64,000 nt of DNA from an uncultured Chloroflexia bacterium (GTDB taxonomy: Bacteria > Chloroflexota > Limnocylindria > Limnocylindrales > CSP1-4). Positions 48,073 through 58,629 of the stretch are shown in pieces (position 1 is the first letter of the stretch; each line of letters begins with the position of its first letter). Under the pieces are notes generated by a model. That model was not told where the DNA came from, did no database searches, and saw only the letters and a list, made by a program, of their open reading frames with translations. The DNA lies in the NCBI GenBank assembly GCA_963766735.1, contig CAVYBU010000003.1:224001-288000 (forward strand), read 5' to 3'. A program made the translations under genes and the position numbers.

Positions 48073-50100
48073 TCAGATCGCCGACGCGACCTTCAGCCCA
48101 TCGAACACGGCCTCCTCCACGGTGCGCGGCGCCTGGCAGTCGCCGATGCCGTGCACCTCGATCGGCCGGCCGGCCGCGGAACGCAGGTCATCCCGCGCCA
48201 TGAGCTCGTCGTACAGGGTGGCGTCGGAGACGTGGCCGGCGGCGAGGACCAGGGCCACGGCGTCCTCGATGATCACCGCCTCCTCCGTCAGCGTGTGCTG
48301 GAGGAACACCGCCTGGCCGTCGTAGCCGAACGGGCGGGTCAGCGGCAGGAGCTCGACATGCGCCCGGTTGAGCGCCGAGATCGTCGCGTCCCGCACGTAC
48401 TGCTGGATCCGGAACCCCGCCGTGTAGCCGTTGGAGGCGAGGGTGACGGCATGCCCGCTCCCCGCCAGCATCAGGGCGACGCCGGGTCCGATCCAGTCGC
48501 ATCGCCAGTCCACGACGACCACGCGACCCGCCGGCACCTCCGCGCCGCGGATGACCTCCCAGGCGTCGAAGACGGGCGGCTCGTTGACGAGCTCCAGTGG
48601 CGGGCGGTACGGCACCCCGCCCGTCGCCACGATCACCACGTCCGGCGCCTCGCGCTCGACCATCGCCGCGTCCACGCGAGACCCGGTCATGATCCTGACG
48701 CCCGCGCGCTCGGCCTCGCCCTGGAGATTCGTCACGACGCCGCCGAACTCCGCCCGACCGGGCAGCTTCTGGGCGAGCAGCACCTGGCCGCCGACCCAGC
48801 GTCCCGCCTCGTGGAGCGTGACCTCGTGACCGCGCTCCGCCGCCACGGCCGCGGCCTTGAGCCCGGCCGGCCCGCCGCCCACGACGAGAACCCGCCGCCG
48901 GGCATCCGGTGCCACCACCGATCGCTGCCCGTACCACAGCTCGCGCCCGCTCTCCGGGTACTGGATGCACGAGATCGGGTAGCCCGCATGGAAGTGCCCG
49001 ATACAGGCCTGGTTGCAGGCGACGCAGGCGCGGATCTCGTCCAGGCGACCCGCCGCCGCCTTCTGCGGCAGCAGTGGGTCGGAGATCATGGCGCGGGTCA
49101 TGGCCACGGCATCGGCCTGGCCCAGCTCCAGGATGTGCTCCGCCTCCTGCGGCTGGTTGATCCGACCCGCCACCAGGATGGGCACCCGCACCAGCGCCCG
49201 GGCCGCCGCGGCGAGCGGTGCCGTGTAGGCGTTGTCCATCGTCATCGGCGGCACGATGTGGTCCGAGCCGGCCAGCGTTGCGGAGGTCCCGGTGGCCACG
49301 TTGAAGTAGTCCGGCCCTCCCTCCCGGTCCAGCAGCTCCAGCGCGGCCAGCGATTCGTCTCCAGTGAGGCCATCCGGCGACCGCTCGTCGATGGAGATCC
49401 GCAGCCCGACGACCGCGCCCGGGTCCATCGCCGCCCGGATCTGGGCGATCGTCTCGCGCAGGAAGCGGACCCGGTTCTCCAGGGAGCCCCCGTACTCGTC
49501 CGTCCGGAGGTTGACCCTTGGGCTGAGGAACTGCTGGGGCAGGTACCCGAAGGCGGCCAGAATCTCAACGCCGTCGAGGCCCGCCGTTCGGAGGCGTCGG
49601 GCGGCGTCCGCGAACCCCGCCTCGATCATCCGGATCTCCGCGACCGACATCGCCCGGGGCATCACGTGGAACCGCTCGTTGGGGACCGCGGACGGCCCGA
49701 GCGGCACGGGCAGGGTGCCGTCGTCGGAATCCATGATCTCGCGGCCACCATGGAAGACCTGGCCGATGACGGCAGCGCCTTCCGCGTGGACGGCCTCGGC
49801 GAGGCGCCGGTAGCCGGGGATGCACGTGTCGTCCATGGCGCTCAGCGCGTGTGAGGTGTACTCGGCGCTCTCGTGGACCGACGCCACCTGCACGATCACC
49901 AGGCCCGCGCCACCGGCCGCGCGCGCCCGCTGGTAGGCGACCAGCCGATCGCCGATGAGCCCGTTCTCACCCATGACCGTGTCGTGGCCGGACGAGAAGA
50001 TCCGGTTCCGGATTTCCAGCGGCCCCAGGCGGAGCGGCGAGAACAGAAGCGGGAACGGGGTGGGGCCGGCGGCTCCGGCGAGATCGTCCTGATCGCTCAT
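48073..50100 (-). CDS. NADH:flavin oxidoreductase (OYE TIM barrel + FAD/NAD domains)
   Basis: IRNRIFSSGH, RTDEYGGSLENR, CVACNQAC 4Fe-4S motif, VVGGGPAG. Confidence 0.92.
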   Translation of the reverse strand: MSDQDDLAGAAGPTPFPLLFSPLRLGPLEIRNRIFSSGHDTVMGENGLIGDRLVAYQRARAAGGAGLVIVQVASVHESAEYTSHALSAMDDTCIPGYRRLAEAVHAEGAAVIGQVFHGGREIMDSDDGTLPVPLGPSAVPNERFHVMPRAMSVAEIRMIEAGFADAARRLRTAGLDGVEILAAFGYLPQQFLSPRVNLRTDEYGGSLENRVRFLRETIAQIRAAMDPGAVVGLRISIDERSPDGLTGDESLAALELLDREGGPDYFNVATGTSATLAGSDHIVPPMTMDNAYTAPLAAAARALVRVPILVAGRINQPQEAEHILELGQADAVAMTRAMISDPLLPQKAAAGRLDEIRACVACNQACIGHFHAGYPISCIQYPESGRELWYGQRSVVAPDARRRVLVVGGGPAGLKAAAVAAERGHEVTLHEAGRWVGGQVLLAQKLPGRAEFGGVVTNLQGEAERAGVRIMTGSRVDAAMVEREAPDVVIVATGGVPYRPPLELVNEPPVFDAWEVIRGAEVPAGRVVVVDWRCDWIGPGVALMLAGSGHAVTLASNGYTAGFRIQQYVRDATISALNRAHVELLPLTRPFGYDGQAVFLQHTLTEEAVIIEDAVALVLAAGHVSDATLYDELMARDDLRSAAGRPIEVHGIGDCQAPRTVEEAVFDGLKVASAI

Positions 50101-50235
50101 GACGCGGATCCTAGTGGCGGCGGGTCCCGTCCGTCGCTCGCGCCCGTACCGCGCAACCCGCTGGCCGTGCCGGATACTGGCCGCTCCACCGGGACCATCG
50201 CCACCGGAGCCGCCATCTCCACCAGGGGACCACGA

Positions 50236-51405
50236 ATGACCGAAACGGCCGACGTCATCGTCATCGGCGCGGGCGTCCAGGGCGCCAGCCTCGCGTTCCA
50301 CCTCGCGGCGCGGGGCGCGAGCGTCATCGTCCTCGAACGATCCACCGTTGCCGCCGGCGCGTCCGGGCGATCCAGCGGCCTGGTCCGCATGCACTACCAC
50401 CTGCTGGCGGAGACGCGCCTGGCGTGGGCGTCCTTCCCCTACTACCGGGACTGGGCGGAGCGCGTGGGCGGCGAGTGCGGCTTCACGAAGACGGGCTTCC
50501 TGTGGATCGAACCCGCCACGAATGGCGACCGGCTGCGCGCGAGCGTCGCAGACCACCGCGCCCTCGGGATCGGGACGTCCGTGGTGGACGCCCGGGAGAT
50601 GCGGCGGATCGCCCCAGGGCTGGAGGTGGCCGACGACGAGGTGGCGGCCTTCGAGCCCGAATCCGGGTATGCGGATCCGTCCGGCACGACGGCCGGCTTC
50701 ATCCGTGCTGCGCGGGACCGGGGCGCGAGGCTTGTCCAGGGAGCGGAGGTCACGGCGATCACCGTCCACGGGGGCGGCGTCACCGGCGTCACGACGACCC
50801 GCGGGTCCTTTGCCGCGCCGGTGGTCGTGAACGCGGCCGGAGGGTGGGCCGGCCGGGTGGCGGAGCTCGTCGGGCTGGAGATCCCGATCACGGTCTGGCG
50901 CCATGACACCGGGTATCTCGGGGTGCCACAGGAGGTCGCGCGGCCGATCCCCATGGTCATCGACAGTGCGCACGACATGTACTTCCGGCCCGAGGGTTCC
51001 GAGATGGTCCTCGTCGGCCTGGAGGATCACAGCGGCATGGGCGGCTCACCGGACCGCGACACGTCCGAGGCGGACCCCGACTTTCGCGACCGGGCCACCG
51101 AGCGGATCATCCGCCGGGTCCCCGGCCTCATCGACGGGACGTTCCGCACCTCGCACAGCGGACAGGACGGTCTCACGCCGGACCAGCGCCCGATCCTCGG
51201 GCCGGCCGGGCCCTCGGGTCTCTACCTCGACTGCGGGCACAGTGGTACCGGGTTCAAGACGGCACCCGCGGTGGGCCTCGGGATGAGCGAGCTGATCCTC
51301 GACGGCGCGGCGACATCGGTGGACATCGCGCCGTTCGCGTTCGAGCGGTTCGCCGAGGGGCGACTCCTCGCCGGCGAGCACGGTGGCGACCTGATCTGGA
51401 GCTGA
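50236..51405 (+). CDS. FAD-dependent oxidoreductase (sarcosine oxidase beta/DadA family)
   Basis: VIGAGVQG, GASGRSSG, TPDQRPILG, GHSGTGFK. Confidence 0.9.
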   Translation: MTETADVIVIGAGVQGASLAFHLAARGASVIVLERSTVAAGASGRSSGLVRMHYHLLAETRLAWASFPYYRDWAERVGGECGFTKTGFLWIEPATNGDRLRASVADHRALGIGTSVVDAREMRRIAPGLEVADDEVAAFEPESGYADPSGTTAGFIRAARDRGARLVQGAEVTAITVHGGGVTGVTTTRGSFAAPVVVNAAGGWAGRVAELVGLEIPITVWRHDTGYLGVPQEVARPIPMVIDSAHDMYFRPEGSEMVLVGLEDHSGMGGSPDRDTSEADPDFRDRATERIIRRVPGLIDGTFRTSHSGQDGLTPDQRPILGPAGPSGLYLDCGHSGTGFKTAPAVGLGMSELILDGAATSVDIAPFAFERFAEGRLLAGEHGGDLIWS

Positions 51406-51516
51406 GCGACCGCGAGGGCGGACCCGCTCGGGAGGCGTGTCAGCCGAGGACGTGCGCGAGCCTCGCGACGAGCAGCGTTGCGAGCGTGACCCCGGAGATG
51501 AGCGTGCCTCCCATGA

Positions 51517-52950
51517 TCAACGCCCCGATCCAGGGCTGGCAGGGGGATCCTGGGTCGGCGCAGCCTCGAGCTCGCTCACCCGGGCCCGGGCTCCGGCGCG
51601 GCGATCCCGGTAGAAGGTCACCGGACCGCCGGCACGGCTCCCCTTCTGCTTCACCTTCTGGGCCTGCATGGCGCCGTCGGCCATGTCCCAGAGGACCTCG
51701 CGACTCGGAATGTCCGGCGACGGAGGGACGATGACGGCTCCGATCGAGACGCCGACGCTGACCGTGCCTCGTGATGTCGCGACGGGCTGGGTGACCGCGG
51801 TCTGGATGCGTCCGGCGACTCGAACGGCATCGCGACGGTCCACGAGACCCGTGAAGAACATCGCAAACTCGTCTCCGCCACGGCGGCTGACCAGGTCCGT
51901 CGCTCGCGGCACAGACCCAAGTCGCTTGCCGATCTGGGCCAGCACCTCGTCGCCGCCGATCTCGAGGAACCGCCGGTCCTTGTTGATGGCGCCGAACCCG
52001 ACGAGGTCCAGCGATAGCAGCAGTCCGCCCGGCGCAAGCCCCCGGCGGGACCGGTTGAGCAGGCTGTCCAGGTCGCGCTCGAAGGCCGACCGGAGGGGCA
52101 GGCCCGTCAGGGCGTCGATGGACAGATCTTCGGGCCAGACGAGCAGTACGCCGGTCGCGATGACCAGCGGAGCCCACCAGCCGATCGCAACGTACGCAAC
52201 CACGAGCAACCAGGCGAGACCCATCTCGGCCAGGTTGACCCGACCGAACAAGCGGATGAAGATGTCCGCCAGGGCGACCCGCGCGAGATGCTCGCGGAGC
52301 ATGATCGTGCCGGCGGCGATGCCGTTCGTGACGACCGCGAGAACGAGCGTCCCCAGCACGACGGCAACGAGGCGGGCAACCGGCAGATCGACGAGAGCTC
52401 CGGCGAGCACCCGGTCGACGGCGATCACCGTCAGGCCGCCGATCACGGCGCCCAGCGCCATGACGGCGTGGTTCGCCAGCGTGCCGTACCAGGGCTGCGA
52501 CTCCAGCTCGCGCCGCTCGATGGTGGCGACGAAGCCCACCCACGCGCCCGCGGTCGGGCCCCCCAGCACCATCGCGGCAGCCACGAACGGGAGGTGGAAC
52601 GTCCAGACGGCGGAGCTGCCCGGGATCGGCAGGACCCGGAGCGACCCGATCAGGCCGAAGGCGATCCACAGCAGCACGCCGCCGTTCGGGTCGCCGAGGA
52701 TGGTTCCCTTCAGGCCCGTGTCGATCGCGGGCAGGACGGGGACATTGAGCGTGGTCCAGGCCAGGGCGCCGATGCCGGCGACAATCGAGGCCGCGGTGTA
52801 GGCCAGCAGCAGGCTGCGGCGGTCCGCGATGCCACCTGCGCGACCACCGCCACGTCCGCCGGCGGGAGGGGGGGCCGGCCTGCCGGGGAGTGCGGGCGTC
52901 CTCGGCAGACGCAGGGATCCGATGCTCACGTCGAGCGTCTGGACGTCCAT
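51517..52950 (-). CDS. Membrane-bound diguanylate cyclase
   Basis: Multiple TM segments followed by DALTGL, DLVGF..IN, GDEVL, RRGGDEF, VSIG; start uncertain. Confidence 0.88.
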   Translation of the reverse strand: MDVQTLDVSIGSLRLPRTPALPGRPAPPPAGGRGGGRAGGIADRRSLLLAYTAASIVAGIGALAWTTLNVPVLPAIDTGLKGTILGDPNGGVLLWIAFGLIGSLRVLPIPGSSAVWTFHLPFVAAAMVLGGPTAGAWVGFVATIERRELESQPWYGTLANHAVMALGAVIGGLTVIAVDRVLAGALVDLPVARLVAVVLGTLVLAVVTNGIAAGTIMLREHLARVALADIFIRLFGRVNLAEMGLAWLLVVAYVAIGWWAPLVIATGVLLVWPEDLSIDALTGLPLRSAFERDLDSLLNRSRRGLAPGGLLLSLDLVGFGAINKDRRFLEIGGDEVLAQIGKRLGSVPRATDLVSRRGGDEFAMFFTGLVDRRDAVRVAGRIQTAVTQPVATSRGTVSVGVSIGAVIVPPSPDIPSREVLWDMADGAMQAQKVKQKGSRAGGPVTFYRDRRAGARARVSELEAAPTQDPPASPGSGR

Positions 52951-53434
52951 CAGGGGGCACACCTGTGTACGACCGTGGTCGGATGGGGGACCGATCCGAT
53001 TTCTGCGAGCCTCCGCTCGCCACCAGGTCGCCGGCCGGGATGGGGGCGCATCTCGAGCTGCCGGACGTCTGTCGTCCCACCGGGCGGGTGAGGAGGCCTG
53101 CGTTGCGGCTGGTTCACCCCACCGCACTCATCCTCCCCGACACGACCGAAACGGGCAGGGACCCCACCGTACTTCCGGGCCCGCCATTAGTACCAATGGG
53201 TCTCCGGGGGCACGCCGATCAGGCCACCCGTCCGTGGTCAGGATGCCGGAGTGCCAGCCCGGCCCGGGCTCGCGAGAGCGGGTTCGCGGGACGGAGTGCG
53301 GGCACGGGTATACTGCTCGGGCTCGCACGCCCCGTCTTCGTGTGCGGCCCCACAGACGCACCACCCCGCGGCGTCAGCCGCCCCGCGCCCGCCCCCGCGG
53401 CGTCGGCCCCCGCAGCAAGGATCTGCTCGCTCTG

Positions 53435-54493
<1,059 letters not shown>

Positions 54494-54559
54494 TCGCCGG
54501 TCCGGAGCCCGCCGCCCGCCGGCGGTGCGCCCCGGCCGCCGGCTCCAGGAGCCAGTGCC

Positions 54560-55531
54560 ATGACCACGCTCCTCGCCAACCGACAGGCCCGACGCCGGGG
54601 GATCGCGTTCACCGTCCTGATCGCGCTCACGCTCCTGATGATGGCGTTCTCCTCCAACCCGTTCGTCAAGGAGGCGCAGAGCGGCCTCTTCTTCGCGCTC
54701 CGCCCGTTCCAGGGTGCCCTGGCGTCGGTCGCTGAGGGCATCTCCAGCGTGGCAGCCGCGGTGTCCGAGATCGACGCGCTCCGCTTCGACAACGGTGCCC
54801 TGCGGGACGAGAACGAGCGCCTGGCCAACGAGAACGCCCGCCTCCGTGGGGCCAGGGTGGAGAACGACCAGCTGACGGCCCTCCTCCAGCTGCAGAGCGG
54901 TCTCGAGCACGAGACCGTGGCGGTGCGGGTCATTGGCCGCGAGATGCTCGAGACACGTCGGCTGATCACCCTGGACAAGGGGACGGATGACGGCATTGCA
55001 CAGGGGGATGTCGTCATCGTCCAGGGCGGCGCCCTCGCGGGGCGGGTGACGGATGTGGGGCCGACCTTCGCCAAGGTGATCCTCATCAGCGACAGCTCGT
55101 CCACCGTGATCGGTCAGCTGCTGGGTTCCGGGGCGACCGGCGAGATCGTCGGCCAGGCCGGCGACGTGCTGATCATGCGGAACATCGATTCCGCCGTGCA
55201 GATCGGCGTGGACGAGGAGGTCTTCACGGCCGGGATCGAGCTGGTCGGCGGGATCCGCTCGCCCTACCCGAGAGGGCTGATCGTGGGCACCGTGGTGGAC
55301 CTGCAGCGTGACGCGAATGACGTCGTCCAGACCGCGTACCTGGCACCGGCCGCGAACCTCGACTCGTTCGAGCTGGCCCTCGTGATCACCGACTACGAGG
55401 GCGGGCTGCCGGCGGCTGACGATCAGCCGGTCCCGTGCGGCGAGGACGGGACGCTGCCCGAGGGCGAGGTCCCGTGCTACACGCCCACGCCGCCCCCGTC
55501 GCCGACGCTGCGGCCGACGGCCAAGCCCTAG
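54560..55531 (+). CDS. mreC: Rod shape-determining protein MreC
   Basis: N-terminal TM, coiled coil, ITLDKG..DGI, YPRGL.VG. Confidence 0.92.
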   Translation: MTTLLANRQARRRGIAFTVLIALTLLMMAFSSNPFVKEAQSGLFFALRPFQGALASVAEGISSVAAAVSEIDALRFDNGALRDENERLANENARLRGARVENDQLTALLQLQSGLEHETVAVRVIGREMLETRRLITLDKGTDDGIAQGDVVIVQGGALAGRVTDVGPTFAKVILISDSSSTVIGQLLGSGATGEIVGQAGDVLIMRNIDSAVQIGVDEEVFTAGIELVGGIRSPYPRGLIVGTVVDLQRDANDVVQTAYLAPAANLDSFELALVITDYEGGLPAADDQPVPCGEDGTLPEGEVPCYTPTPPPSPTLRPTAKP

Positions 55532-55598
55532 GCGGGGTTCCGGCGGCCCGGCACGCCAGCACGCCGGCACGGACCGGCCGCCTGCTACTCTCACGCCG

Positions 55599-56369
55599 AT
55601 GAAGGGCCTCGTACTTGCCGGCGGCACGGCCACGCGCCTGTTTCCGCTCACCATCGTCACCAACAAGCACCTGCTGCCGATCTACGACCGGCCGATGATC
55701 TACTACCCGCTTGACACCCTGGCGGGCATGGGGATTCGCGAAACGATGGTGATCGTCGGCGGCAAGAGCGTGGGCGACATCGTGGAGCTGCTCGGCGACG
55801 GGCGCCATTTCGGGCTGGACCTCACCTACCGCTACCAGAGAGGCGCGCTGGGGATCGCGCACGCGATCGGCTTGGCCCGGGACTTCATCGGGGACGACTC
55901 GTTCTGCGTGGTGCTGGGCGACAACATCCTCCGCGGCCCCGCTCTCGCCGAGACCGCCCAGGCCTTCGACGCGGGGCCGTGGGGCGCCGGCACCCTCCTC
56001 TACCGGGTCCCGGACCCCCGGCAGTTCGGTGTGGCGGAGCTGGATGCGGATGGCAAGGTGGTTGCGTTCGAGGAGAAGCCCGAGCAGCCCAAGAGCGACC
56101 TGATCCCGATCGGCGTCTACTTCCTGCGACCCGATGCGTTCGACGTCATCGAGACCCTTGCCCCCTCCGGGCGCGGCGAGTTCGAGATCACCGACGTCCT
56201 GAACCACTACATTCCGGGCGGCGGCCTGTTCGCGCCGGTCTACGAGGGCCACTGGGCGGACGCCGGCACCGTGCCGTCGCTGCTGCGTGCCGCCGAGCTG
56301 TCGGAGGCCGACGACCGGGCGGGCAAGCTCGGGGCTCCGCCCCCGCACCCGCAGAACGACTCCAAGTGA
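55599..56369 (+). CDS. rfbA: Glucose-1-phosphate thymidylyltransferase (RmlA-like)
   Basis: LAGGTATRL.P, KHLLPIYDRPMIYY, EEKP, PSGRGEFEITD, WADAGT. Confidence 0.9.
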   Translation: MKGLVLAGGTATRLFPLTIVTNKHLLPIYDRPMIYYPLDTLAGMGIRETMVIVGGKSVGDIVELLGDGRHFGLDLTYRYQRGALGIAHAIGLARDFIGDDSFCVVLGDNILRGPALAETAQAFDAGPWGAGTLLYRVPDPRQFGVAELDADGKVVAFEEKPEQPKSDLIPIGVYFLRPDAFDVIETLAPSGRGEFEITDVLNHYIPGGGLFAPVYEGHWADAGTVPSLLRAAELSEADDRAGKLGAPPPHPQNDSK

Positions 56370-57493
56370 CGCCCGATCCCTTCGCCCCCGGCGCTCACCT
56401 CCTGGTCACCGGCGGCGCGGGCTTCATTGGCAGCGAGCTGGTCAGGACGATCCTCGCGCGCCGGGACGGCACCCGCATCACGGTTCTCGACAAGCTCACC
56501 TACGCGGGCAACCTCGCGAACCTCGCGGCCGTCGAGCAGGACCCGGAACAGGCGTCCCGTTTCAGCTTCGTCCTGGGTGACATCGCGGATCCGGCAGCCG
56601 TGGCCCCGCTGGCCGAGCGAGCGGACGCCGTCCTGAACGTGGCCGCCGAGACGCACGTCGACCGCTCCATCCTGGACCCGGAGGCGTTCCTCCGTACCGG
56701 CGTCATCGGCGTGCACGTGCTGCTCGAGGCGGTCCTGCGCGAGGCGAACCGTGCCCGCGCCGGCGAGCGCCGGACCGCCCCTCGCTTCCTCCAGGTGAGC
56801 ACGGACGAGGTCTACGGCGACATACCCGACGGCCGCAGCACGGAGACGGACGGTCTCGCCCCGCGCAGCCCCTACGCCGCCGCCAAGGCCGCAGGCGAGC
56901 TGCTGGTCCGCGCCTACCACGTCACGTACGGGCTCGACGTCGTCATCACGCGCGGCTCCAACACGTACGGTCCGCACCAGCACCCCGAGAAGCTCATCCC
57001 GCTGTTCACGACGAACGCCCTCGCGGGCGAGCGCCTGCCCATGTACGGCGACGGAATGCAGATCCGCGACTGGCTCCACGTGGCGGACCATGCCGCGGCA
57101 ATCGAGTTCGTCCTGCGGCACGGAGTCTCGGGCGAGGCCTACAACGTCGCCGGTGGCACGGAGCTCCCCAACCGCGAGGTGATCGGCCGGCTGCTGGCCG
57201 CTGCCGGTCGTGACTGGTCCCTGGTGCGAACTGTCCCGGACCGTCCGGGCCACGACCGCCGGTACGCGATGGACGGGGAGAAGCTGGCGGCGCTCGGCTG
57301 GCAGCCGCGCATGGCGTTCGACGAGGGGCTGCCGGCAACGGTCGCCTGGTACCGCGATCACCCGGATTGGGTTGCGAGTGCCCGAAGCGGCGACTGGGAC
57401 AGCTACTACGCGCGCCAGTACGGCGATCGGCTGGCCGCGGGCCGGGCCATCGCGGCGATCGACGACGACTCAGGCTCCGGCGGGGCCGGCTGA
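56366..57493 (+). CDS. rfbB: dTDP-glucose 4,6-dehydratase
   Basis: TGGAGFIG, DKLTYAGN, AAETHVDRSI, STDEVYG, YAAAK, DRPGHDRRY. Confidence 0.95.
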   Translation: MTPDPFAPGAHLLVTGGAGFIGSELVRTILARRDGTRITVLDKLTYAGNLANLAAVEQDPEQASRFSFVLGDIADPAAVAPLAERADAVLNVAAETHVDRSILDPEAFLRTGVIGVHVLLEAVLREANRARAGERRTAPRFLQVSTDEVYGDIPDGRSTETDGLAPRSPYAAAKAAGELLVRAYHVTYGLDVVITRGSNTYGPHQHPEKLIPLFTTNALAGERLPMYGDGMQIRDWLHVADHAAAIEFVLRHGVSGEAYNVAGGTELPNREVIGRLLAAAGRDWSLVRTVPDRPGHDRRYAMDGEKLAALGWQPRMAFDEGLPATVAWYRDHPDWVASARSGDWDSYYARQYGDRLAAGRAIAAIDDDSGSGGAG

Positions 57494-57496
57494 CCG

Positions 57497-58426
57497 ATGC
57501 GCGTTGCGGTCATCGGCGTGATCGGGCGGCTGGGGCGCGCGCTGGTGGGGGCGCTCGAGGACGCGCCCTTCACCGGAACGCGCGGTCCGATCGGGTGGGA
57601 CCAGCCGGAGGTCGAGCTCGACACGTTGACGGAGACGTCGGTTGGCGCTCTGCTCGACGCCGAGCGGCCCGAGGTCGTGATCCATACCGCCGCCTGGACC
57701 GACGTGGACGGGTGCGCGCGCGACCCAGGGCTTGCCATGCGCCGCAACGGGACGGCCGTTGGCGAGCTGGCCGCCGCCTGCGCACGGCGCGGCATCGACC
57801 TGGTGATCATCTCGACCAACGAGGTCTTCGACGGCCGTCGAACCGACGGCATCGGCTACGCGCCCGATGACCGTCGGAACCCGATCAACCCGTACGGCGC
57901 CGCCAAGGCTGAGGCCGAGCGGCTGGCGAGGGCGGCATTCGAGGCCGACGGTGCCCGTGGACGACTCGGCATCGTGCGGACGTCCTGGCTGTACGGCCCG
58001 CCCGGCAACGACTTCCCGGCCAAGATCGCGGACGCCGCTCTCCGGGCACGTGCCACCGGGGCACCGCTGCAGGTGGTCGGCGACGAGATCGGCTGTCCGA
58101 CCTACACTCCGGATCTCGCCGAGGCGATCGTCGAGCTGATCGCGGAGGACGGGATCGCCGGGGCACCGGCACGCACGGCGATCCACCATCTCGTGAACGC
58201 CGGCCGCGCGTCGCGCGCGGACTGGGCCCGCGAGATCCTCCGCGTGACCGGGATCGACACCGAGGTCGTGGACGTCCCGGGCTCCACCTGGCAGCGCGCC
58301 TCAGTGCCGCCGTCCTGGGCCGTCCTGGAGCCCACGCCGCTCCCCTCGGGCGAGCCCATGCGCCATTGGCGCGAAGCCTTCGCAGACGCGGCCCCCACCC
58401 TTGTCCGGAGCCTCCGCGAGTCCTGA
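57497..58426 (+). CDS. rfbD: dTDP-4-dehydrorhamnose reductase
   Basis: AAWTDVDGC, ISTNEVFDG, YGAAK, RTSWLYG, GCPTYT.DLA. Confidence 0.9.
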   Translation: MRVAVIGVIGRLGRALVGALEDAPFTGTRGPIGWDQPEVELDTLTETSVGALLDAERPEVVIHTAAWTDVDGCARDPGLAMRRNGTAVGELAAACARRGIDLVIISTNEVFDGRRTDGIGYAPDDRRNPINPYGAAKAEAERLARAAFEADGARGRLGIVRTSWLYGPPGNDFPAKIADAALRARATGAPLQVVGDEIGCPTYTPDLAEAIVELIAEDGIAGAPARTAIHHLVNAGRASRADWAREILRVTGIDTEVVDVPGSTWQRASVPPSWAVLEPTPLPSGEPMRHWREAFADAAPTLVRSLRES

Positions 58427-58629
58427 CCCGTGTCGCGTGGTGCACCGCTGCAACTCCACCGGACAGCACCGGCCCATACTGGACCGCACACGAGGGGACC
58501 ATAGGACCATCGTGCGCGGGACCATCCCGCGATGTGTTTGGTGGGCGCGGGCGTACAGGCTGACGGGGCATTCATCCGGTGTTCCCGTGTTTCCTGCGGG
58601 ACGTGCCGATCCGACGGGAGCTCAATCCA

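Noticed and set aside
48073-51030. 985-aa version of the flavin oxidoreductase
   Set aside because: The extension is antisense to the FAD oxidoreductase at 50236-51405; family similarity and a TAGGAT -10 point to ATG 50100
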